Source: Octopus sinensis
Lineage: Eukaryota
Assembly: GCF_006345805.1 (NCBI RefSeq)
Contig: NC_043007.1
Span: 19,158,001 to 19,222,000, forward strand
Direction of reading: 5' to 3'
Length of the DNA stretch: 64,000 bases
In this document: positions 54,415-64,000 of the stretch, piece after piece
Layout: each line of letters opens with the position of its first letter
Position numbering within the stretch: the stretch's first letter is position 1
Program-made: the position numbers and the translations under genes
Notes under the pieces: model-generated
What the model saw: the letters and a program-made list of their open reading frames with translations, nothing else
Told to the model about the DNA's origin: nothing
Databases searched by the model: none

Positions 54415-54546
54415 TTGGGGAAATTTCGAACCTGGGTTCTCATTCCTAAGGTATTTTTCGATGTGTTGTTGTTGTTGTTGTTATTATTAATATTATTATT
54501 ATTATTATTCAGGTCATTGTCTGTAATCACTATGCTATATGCCCAT

Positions 54547-54617
54547 GGGCATATGGCGTAGTGGTTAAGAGTGCAGGCTACTAACCCCAAGATTCTGAGT
54601 TTGATTCCAGGCAGTGA

Positions 54618-54621
<4 letters not shown>
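54547..54621 (+). mobile_element. tRNA-derived SINE-like head directly upstream of a hammerhead repeat
   Basis: A box TGGCGTAGTGG (54554-54564), 7-nt anticodon-like loop CTACTAA, B-box-like AGTTTGATTCC (54598-54608); no acceptor-stem closure. Confidence 0.65.
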
Positions 54622-54653
<32 letters not shown>

Positions 54654-54711
54654 CAACAACAACATCGAAAAATACCTTAGGAATGAGAACCCAGGTTCGA
54701 AATTTCGCCAA

Positions 54712-54757
54712 GACACCTGATGAAGGCTGGAGGGTATATCAGCCGAAACGCTGTGTT
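54712..54757 (+). ncRNA. Hammerhead motif copy with a cleavage-triplet mutation (GTT to GCT)
   Basis: Same repeat (54661-54826); sequence GAAAC-GCT-GTGTT. Confidence 0.6.
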
Positions 54758-56195
54758 AACAACAAACAAGATGAGAACAAATATCCGTCGAATGTACATA
54801 ATTCCTCATCTCTTAAATGTAGAAACGTATGTGTCTATTGCACAGGTATCAGCAGGTGTAAATGAAGTGAAAGCACCTCAAATACATTGGATCTCAAAGC
54901 CTTTGTATTGTTGTGTGAAATATCAGTCTGCACTTTGGTTATTTGTCGATATCTTTAATATAAAGTTGCAGCCACACCAACCATATATTTTGGACTTTGT
55001 CATTTGCTTCTTTATCAGCAACATTCACATGTCACAGAATCGTTCGTATTTTTAAAAAAAATCAACTCTTGTTCATGTTGCTGTTGTTTTTGCTGTTGAG
55101 CGAACCTTCTTCGTCCCAGAGCTTGCAAGATGGGAGAAGTCTGAAACGTGGTCCTTTGCTATTCGTAAGACCCGCAGAAGAGAGAAAGCAGGTCAACCCC
55201 CGACACCGAGAGCATCGACGGATGGATGAATGCGCATCCAGGCTCAGCGGTTGCGTAGGAAGTCGGGGACAAGAAACAGGAAGAAAGAGTGAGAGAAAGT
55301 TGGAGCGAAAGAGTACAACAGGGGTCGCCACCACCCCCTGCTGGAGCCCCGTGGAACTTTAGGTGTTTTCGCTCAATAAACACACGCAACGCCCGGTCTG
55401 GGAATCGAAACCACGATCCTCCGACCGCGAGTCCGCTGCTCTAACCACTGGGCCATTGCGCCTCCTCTTGCTGTTGTTGTTTAACCCCGGGTCAGTCTTG
55501 ACCAAGGAATTCCATGATCAAATTAGTCCAGTCTTGATCAATCACATTTGAGACATTTATCTTATGTCTTCTTTATTTTCTTTAACTCACCATTGGTGTA
55601 GACTTTGAGGGAAATTTGGCAGCTATAACTAGCAGATCAACCAACCTCTTGGAGGCTCTTGCACATGTTTATTATTGTTGTTGTTTAATACCTGGTCAGT
55701 CTGGTTGATAATTCTCATTCCAAGGTATTTTGGGTTCTCATTCCTAAGGTATTTTTCCATAACCTGAATCATCATCATCGTTTAACATCCATTTTCCATG
55801 CTAGCATGGGTTGGACGGTTCAACTGGGTCTGGGAAGCCAGGAGGCTGCACCAGGCTCCAGTCTGATCTGGCAATGTTTCTATGGCTGGATGCCCTTCCT
55901 AACGCCAACCACTCCGTGAGTGTAGTGGATGCTTTTTACGTGCCAGACGAGGCTGGCAAACGGCCACGATCAGATGGTGCTTTTAATGATAATAATAATA
56001 ATAATAATCATCATCATTGTTTAACGTCTGCTTTCCATGCTAGCATGGGTTGGACGGTTCGACTGTGGGCTGGCAAACCAGATGGCTGCACCAAGCTCCA
56101 GTCTTGATAAAAACAATAATAATAATGATGATAACAACAACAACAACATTGCAAAATACCTTTGGAATGAGAACCCAGGTTCGAAATTTCCCCAA

Positions 56196-56241
56196 GACAC
56201 CTGATGAAGGCTGGAGGGTATATCAGCCGAAACGTTGTGTT
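56196..56241 (+). ncRNA. Minimal hammerhead motif, intact core
   Basis: Same repeat (about 56145-56320): GACAC CTGATGA AGGCTG...CAGCC GAAAC GTT GTGTT. Confidence 0.7.
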
Positions 56242-58159
56242 AACAACAAACAAGATGAGGACAAATATCCGTCGAATGTAAATAATGTACATAATTCCTC
56301 ATCTCTCAAATATAGAACTGTTGTATTAGTTGGTTACCATATTTGGCAGCATAAAAGACACATGGGGTTATTAGGCACACTCCCTTTTCAGCAGCACATA
56401 TTCAGGAAAAACAGTTTTTTGTGTATAAAAGTAAACAATATTTGGAGACCAATGAGTGATGTTTTATTTTTATTTTGAGACATTTCCATGGGAAAGAAGA
56501 TTGAATCTCAAATGCCATCAAATATGGGAGTAATTTTATTCTAAAAACTGATTGTAATAAAGTATATTTGTTGCATCCCCGAACATCCCAGCTTGTATGT
56601 AAAGGGGATGCAGGCATCCTCAGATTGGGAACTGTTGGTGTACAAGCTTTCTAGTTTTTTGTTGTTGTTGTTTTTTAGCCACACCTCAGTACTATACTTG
56701 TGTTTGTTCCAACCATGACACTCCAGTCTTCTTCATAGTAACTAGAACTGCATCTGTGATATTTTTTTTTACTTGTACAGACGTGCGTTTGAGTGTTACG
56801 CTTTCAAAGGGAAATAACCTCGTCTTGATCTTAATTATTCTCATTAAAGACAGTAAGCCAGCGAGGGAGGGGAGAAGACGTAACGATCGTCAGTGGAGAT
56901 CGTGGGAGGTGGCAACTGCCAAAGAGAGAAGAAAATAAAAGGAAGGGTTTAGGTTTAAGAATTCTTTTAATAGAGCTGTCCACGAGCTGATTATCATAAA
57001 AGTCTGTAACATAAATAAGCAATGTTATGAAGATATTTAAATGTATGCATACAAATGTATATAAAATAGAATTATAAAACATGGAATTTTCATGGGTCCC
57101 TAGTGTATGTATGTACGGATGGATGAATGGAAGCTTACATACATGTCAGGTCACTCTTACTGCTATTGTTGTGACCCCTTTGGTCATGAATGACCATGGG
57201 ATTCCACCTAGAAAGTTACCCTCCGAGGTACAAGTCCGAGCAAGGTTTTTTTATGGAAGACCAGCAGTCGCCCACGCATACCAGCCTCCCCTCTCCCCGT
57301 CACCGATGTTATCCAAGGGAAAGGCAAAGGCCGATACATTTATTAACGTGCAAGTGGCAGAGCACTCCACAGACGCATGTACCCTTAACGTGGTTCTCGG
57401 GGAGATTCAGTGTGACACGGCTGGCCCCTTTGAAATACAGGTACAACAGAAACAGGAAAAAAGAGTGAGAGAAAGTTGTGGTGAAAGAGTACAGCAGGGT
57501 TCACCACAACCGCCCTGCCGGAGCCTCGTGGAGCTTTAGGTGTTTTCGCTCAATAAACACTCACAATGCCCAGTCTGGGAATCGAAACCGCAATCCTATG
57601 ATCACAAGTCCGCTGCCCTAACCACTGGGCCATTGCGCCTCCACACTCTTACTGCTATAGGAGACGTTAAACCAGTACAACCTGTAACACAATCAGCAAC
57701 TCAGCAGGCAACATTATTTAGAAAGGAGTGAGGTTTTTATGATACACTCAGTAGGATGAAAAACAAAACCTGTGAAAATGCAGATGAACTCAGCAGAATG
57801 AAGGTCCACCCAACAGCTGGGAGTGAAAGGCCCCTAGTCTTTGCTTGGACATCTCATAAGGAGATGGAAAACTCTGATGTAACACCAACAACTTCATTTG
57901 TAACAGATGATGTAGAATTGTTCTTCTTTTCTGACAAATGCCTAAATTGTTTAGAGAATGGAAATGGCTCCTGCAAGGCCACTCTTCCCTTTAAAAAACA
58001 TTCAGCCCCAGGCTTTGCTTGATTTTTAACATCTCTGTTATGTGTTGCTTATTGTGAATGGCCACAGCTGCAAGAAGCAAGATACCCGATGAGAAATCTC
58101 ATGATGCACTAAAGGCGTGAACCAGCCTGGGTGTGTGATAAGCTACCTGAACAGGTACA

Positions 58160-58300
58160 AAATTAAATTGCATTTCAACTCTTTTAATTCTGTTCCGTAC
58201 CAAGACTTCTCGTAACTTTCATAACCTGGTCCAGCAATTTGATACCTCTATAATGACTTCTCTCCAAAGCATGCCCTTAACCCATGTAGCAGTACCAGCA
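58160..58300 (-). mobile_element. Short degenerate RTE RT fragment
   Basis: Reverse strand reads like ALERSHYRGIKLLDQVMKV...EMQFNFVP. Confidence 0.65.
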
Positions 58301-59849
58301 TCGATTGTGGAAGTTCTAAAGTTTGTACCACCATAGAGTGGGAGTGGTGCAGGAGTGGCTGTGTGGTAAGTAGCTTGCTTACCAGCTACATGGTTCCAGG
58401 TTCATTCTCACTGCGTGGCACCTTGGGCACATGTCTTCTACTATAGCCTTGGGCCGACCAAAGCCTTGTGAGTGGATTTGGCATATGGAAACGGAAGGAA
58501 GCTCGTCGTATATATGTATGTGTGTGTATATGTTTGTGTGTCTGTGTTTGTACCCCCAACCATTGCTTGACAACCGATGGTGGCATGTTTACGTCCCCGT
58601 AACCTAGCGGTTCAACAAAAGAGACCAATAGAACTAGGCTTCCAAAGAATAAGTCCTAGGGTCGATTTGCTCGACTAAAGGCAATGCTCCGGCATGGCCG
58701 CAGTCAAATGACAGAAACAAGTAAAAGAGTGTATGTGTGTCACACTCAATTTCTTCACTTCCTCGAGTTATCTCCCTTCCTCCGTTTTCCCCAACACTGG
58801 TGCCATTCCACTCGAGTTCCCATCAATATTTGCCCTAAACTAATTTACAAATACTGTTTTGTCAATCTTACCATAATGCAATAAATCAGACAAATGTCCA
58901 TTCTTTACATGAAAATCTTAAAATCTTTTCTCATTCTCTCTCTCTAATAACATCAATTCCTAAGAATCTCCCCTCCTCTCTCTCTCTCTTTGTTTTGTTT
59001 ATTCTTCTAACCTCCTCCCCTTTCACTGGGTTCCTCATTCTGGTGCTAACAGGAGAAACACAACAAGTTTTATAATAAAACTGGTTATGTGGTTAAGAAA
59101 CTTGTTTCCAAAGAATATGGTTTTCTGTTCAGTTCTACAGCACAGCACAACACTTTCGGCAACTGTCTATGGCCCAGGGCTAGCCAAAGTGTTGTGAGTG
59201 GATCTTGTATGTGGAAACTGAAAGAACTTCACAATACACACACAATATATATATATATATATTCAGGAGTTCATATATATAAATAGAAAGGCGCGATCCA
59301 GACAGGAGTGGACAGCGTGCTGTGACCAGCGGTGTCAAATGGACGCCTGACGGACTGGTCGGTCAAGGTGATCAAAGTGATATATATATATATATATGTG
59401 TGTGTGTTTGTCCCCCCCACCATTGCTTGACAACCCATTCTGGTGTATTTATATCCCTGTAAATTAGCGGTTACACCGCATATAATCCATATAAATGTGT
59501 GCCTGTGCATATCTGTGCCACACTGTCTTAACATCAAGTGATAGCTGTAAAAGAGTGTCACCAAAAAGTGTGTGTGTGTATATATATATATACACACACA
59601 CGAGCAAACGCCCCCCCCCCCACGTTCAATGGATGGTGCTGAGTTGTCAAACATTTGAACGAAATTTTCTCAAAACAACTTGTCCGACCATCCCATAGGC
59701 CTCCCCTTTGAGAAACACTGATTCAACCTAAATTTGAGACACCAGCAAAAGAAGAAATAAAGATAGACTTTTTATCTATTCCAAAGAAAAACGATTTTAT
59801 TCACACAAATATGCAACCGAAGAGTTTAAAGTACCAGTATATATACATA

Positions 59850-60235
59850 CAAGGTGCAGTGAATAAACATGCCATCTAAATTACACAAAAAGGAAAATGA
59901 AAATAACATCATTTTAACAGATATATTTACCAAAATTACATAAAAATATCTTGAAATACTAAAGAGTAAATTTATTCAATAAAATCGTCATTGGCTTCAA
60001 CCACAGCCTCCAGATGACTTTGGAATCTTCTGCAACTCTTCTGGACGGTTTCCTTGTTTAAGCTGGTGAATGCTACCATAATCCTTACCTTCAGTTCATC
60101 TTCGGTGTTACAAGGAGTTTTGTTGGTCTCTCACTCAACTGTGCCCCACAGATAATAATGAAGTGGGTTACAGTTTGGGGAGTCAGGTGGCCAAATGTTA
60201 GCGGTGATATGGTCGCAGAAATTGTCTGACAGCCA
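59850..60235 (-). mobile_element. Tc1/mariner transposase C-terminal relic with right TIR
   Basis: WPPDSPNCNPLHYYLWGTVE*ETNKTP...CRRFQSHLEAVVEANDDFIE*; TA-CAAGGTG terminus near 59848. Confidence 0.88.
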
Positions 60236-60735
60236 TAACTAGGTTCTCCTGCTTGTTGGCAGGGTGTAGAATTTAGGAATTTGGGTGATTGGACAGGTCA
60301 GTGCTTAGTAGTAGAAGAAAATATATATGTGAAGATGTATACATATGTATATATTTATACAGATGTTTATACAAATCAGTATCTACATATACAACACTTA
60401 CTCGTTTTCTTCTCTTTTTTCTCTCTGTTTTTATTTCTCCCTTCATGTTTTAAATTTGACCTTACCAATACATTCCCTACTTTTAGGTCACTTTAAATAA
60501 GACCCTTGATTCAATAACACTGTGCATAAACTCTCTACTTGGAATGACCAATTTTAAATGCTATTGGATTTTACTCATAAGGCATTGGAATCTTATATGT
60601 ATACCATTCTGCCTAAAGAATGGATCTACATATACAATGCCCCTGCATATCTCACATCTGGTTTCATTCCTCCACTTCACTCTCTATTTCATATTTTATC
60701 TAAATTAACTATTCTTAAACCATCTTCTCACACCA

Positions 60736-60781
60736 TCTCTGATGAAGGGATATAATAAATATCCTGGAAACAGCTGTAAGA
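60736..60781 (+). ncRNA. Second-family minimal hammerhead motif
   Basis: TCT-CTGATGA-A-GGGATAT(aataa)ATATCCT-G-GAAAC-AGCT-GTA-AGA: palindromic loop III, GTA triplet, 3-bp stem I. Confidence 0.6.
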
Positions 60782-60865
60782 CCTTTTATCTATAAATGTT
60801 CTAATATCTACACAGCCTTGGTTTTTTATCACATTCTGAAAAAAAATTTATAAATACATATATAC

Positions 60866-60920
<55 letters not shown>

Positions 60921-61666
60921 TACATATATATATATATATTATCATCATCTATTAACGTCCGCTTTCCATGCTAGCATGGGTTGGACAGTTTAATTGAAGA
61001 CTAGAAATCCAGTAGTCTGCACCAGACTCCTATGTGATCCGGCAAGGTTTCTACAGCTAGATGCCCTTCCTAATGCAAACCACTCCGAGAGTATGGTGGG
61101 TGCTTTTTATGTGCCACCGGCACGGGAGCCAGTTAGGGGACATTGGCATTGACCATGCTCAGATAGTGCTTTGTATGTGCCACTGGCACAAGAGCCAGTC
61201 GTTGGGTACTGGCATCGACCACATTCACATGGTGCTTTTTACATGTGTGCATGTGTATGTGTATGTGTGTGTGTGTGTGTGTGAAAAGAAAGACAAAAGA
61301 AAAACAAGTTTCTTTTTTAAACACTCTTTATTTCATGGAAGATGAGTGAAAAGAATCTGTTTTCATATTTTTACATTTCATTTTTTATTTTTTTCAAATT
61401 TATTCTTGTGACATGTGAATCATGTGTGACAGAGTTCAAATCTTGGACAGGCATATGTGACAAACAACCCCATCCCTAACCCTCCAAAAACAAATTATAT
61501 AACCAAAACAAAACAAAAAAAATGAAATATATACACATTAAGTAGAATCGGTTATAATTCATTTTGCAACATGGATTGGAAGAACCATAACGAGTAAATA
61601 AATGCATGAATAAATATATTAATTAATACATAATTGATGAAGCAAAAAATGTTCACACACAAAATC

Positions 61667-61698
<32 letters not shown>

Positions 61699-61725
61699 CA
61701 GCAGCAGCAGCAACATCTTGTTGTT

Positions 61726-61771
<46 letters not shown>

Positions 61772-63269
61772 CAGCAGCAACATCTTGTTATGGTGGTGGT
61801 AGTAGTAGTAGTATTGATGTATTTTACTTTGTTATGACGCCAGAGATTTTTGGAAGAAAACAAGCAAGATGTTGTGGTGTTCATGCAGAAAGATACCAGT
61901 AATATATAAGGGTTTATGCAACAGTTTAAACCTGGAACTGACACTGGATCACATACTTCGTTCACAAAAATGTTACAGCCACAACAATAACAACAACAAC
62001 ACTATTCAATTTGATTTAATGGTCGTCTTTCAAGTCTGAGAGAAATGGTTTGTGCCACATGTTAACACACTCCCTCCATCAAATCAATGTTACCTGAACA
62101 GGCAGGTGCACAGTGTGTCACATGTCAGGTGTCGAAAGTGATTGGTGTGCAAGGTGAGATGAAGCATTTTGCCCAAGAACACGATGCACCACTCGGTCTA
62201 GGAATTGAAACCACGATCTCGCTATCACGTGTGCAGCAGCCTAACCACAAAGCCATGCGCCCTGACATTAGCACATGACCACCACTATACGTTTTGGTGG
62301 AAGGGATATGTTGTCAAATTAATGGACTTCACCCTACTCCTTTTTTTTATTGCCCATCTCTCACCGTGACCCTTAAAAGGTGAAGGTAAAAACCACCTTT
62401 TCCCCTAGCAGGATTTGAACTCAGAGCGTAGGAGGTGGAAAGTAAATTCCATAAGGAATGTTTTCCATCATTCTATTGAATCAGCTTTTAAAACAACAAC
62501 AATAACAATGGTATTAAATTTTGGCACAAGGCCAGCAATTTTAGGGGTTACGGGAAAGTCAGTTGCATTGACCTCAGTGCTTAACTGGTACTTATTTTGT
62601 CAACCTGGAAAGTCACAATAATCTAGAACCTATCTTGTGTCTAACTGTCAGCAGCAGAAACAATAGAATGTCTTAGTCTTAGTTGTCAGCAGTAATAACA
62701 TAAGACCAGTGGTTTCACATATCAGCAGTGTTAATATAGAAGCTATCATGGTCTCCATTGCCAACAGTGATAATTAGTGTATTTTTTAAGGTCTCAGCTG
62801 TTATTAAGAGTAAATTATTCTTCATCAGGATATCACATGTCAGCATTTGTAAATTAACCCCTCTTTTATGTTAGCAGTTAGTCATAGTAAATTAGTACTT
62901 CTCATAGAATGTTAGTAGTGGTAAGCTGGTACTATCTGTTATTTTGCTGAGGTCAACTTTGCCTTTCATTCTTTCGGGGTCGATAAATTAAGTACCTGTT
63001 GCATACTGGGTCGATCTATTTGACTAGGCCACTTCCCCACAAAAATTTGGGCCTTGTGCCTCAGGTACAAAAGAATAATAAACTAATGTTCCAGTTGCGT
63101 CCACTTTCGGTATCAACTACAAACAGTGGTAGACTGACATTGTCTCTGGTTTAAGTGGTCAAAAGCTAGAAACCAATGTCCTCTCTCTGACTCGGCTGTG
63201 AGTAGTGCTAAAACTGGTACTGTGTATCAAACCTGAGGAGCCAGCAGTGGTAGGCTATGTTCCATCTCT

Positions 63270-64000
63270 ATGTCGGCTGTTAGCAACAGCAATCTGGAGT
63301 CCTTCTCTGGGTTGGCTGTTAGCAACAGCAATCTGGAGTCCCTCTCTGTGTCGGCTGTTAGCAACAGCAATCTGGAGTCCCTCTCTGTGTTGGCTGTTAG
63401 CAACTGCAATCTGGAGTCCCTCTATGTGTCGGCTGTTAGCAACAGCAATCTGGAGTCCCTCTATGTGTCGGCTGTTAGCAACAGCAATCTGGAGTCCCTC
63501 TCTGTGTCGGCTGTTAGCAACAGCAATCTGGAGTCCCTCTCTGTGTCAGCTGTTAGCAACAGCAATCTGGAGTCCCTCTCTGGGTCGGCTATTAGCAACA
63601 ACAAACTAATGTCTTTCTCTTCTTGACTCGGCTGTTAGCAACAGCAATCTGGAGTCCCTCTCTGTGTCGGCTGTTAGCAACAGCAATCTGGAGTCCCTCT
63701 CTGGGTCGGCTATTAGCAACAACAAACTAATGTCTTTCTCTTCTTGACTCGGCTGTTAGCAACAGCAATCTGGAGTCCCTCTCTGTGTCGGCTGTTAGCA
63801 ACAGCAATCTGGAGTCCTTCTCTGTGTCGGCTGTTAGCAACAGCAATCTGGAGTCCCTCTCTGTGTCGGCTGTTAGCAACAGCAATCTGGAGTCCCTCTC
63901 TGTGTCAGCTGTTAGCAACAGCAATCTGGAGTCCCTCTCTGGGTCGGCTATTAGCAACAAAAAACTAATGTCTTTCTCTTCTTGACTCGGCTGTTAGCAA
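63270..64000. repeat. 39-bp minisatellite with a higher-order spacer; runs off the window end
   Basis: GTCGGCTGTTAGCAACAGCAATCTGGAGTCCCTCTCTGT units; spacer AAACTAATGTCTTTCTCTTCTTGACTC at 63603, 63724 and 63962. Confidence 0.95.

Noticed and set aside
57756-58022. 88-aa plus-strand ORF as an exon of a second gene
   Set aside because: No recognisable domain or clear splice signals, and it sits next to degraded RTE sequence.

Overview
AT-rich, microsatellite- and SINE-dense animal genomic DNA. The repeat families resemble octopus/coleoid cephalopod ones (inference, not confirmed). The window holds one protein-coding gene, RTF1 (PAF1-complex Plus3 subunit), on the minus strand. I reconstructed 17 GT-AG coding exons by hand from 47217 (ATG) to 7196 (TAA); they give 2103 nt (700 aa plus stop) with consistent splice phases. 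The rest is repeat-derived: degenerate RTE LINEs and many (ATG)n-tailed RTE 3' ends, CR1, R4/Dong-like and RTE-X 3' fragments, two Tc1/mariner relics, piggyBac-, hAT- and Merlin-like MITEs with visible TSDs, a Helitron, a Helentron/HINE-like element, several tRNA-headed SINE families and large tandem arrays (32 bp, ~185 bp, ~298 bp, 39 bp). The most interesting signal is a ~175-bp repeat carrying a minimal hammerhead-ribozyme core (CTGATGA-stem-GAAAC-GTH) of the Penelope-like type. It occurs four times, recurs in inverted configurations, and at 54.5-54.8 kb is fused to a tRNA-like Pol III head, suggesting a hammerhead-tailed SINE. A second, unrelated hammerhead motif lies at 60.7 kb. Repeat coordinates are approximate unless a TSD is cited, and no database searches were run.
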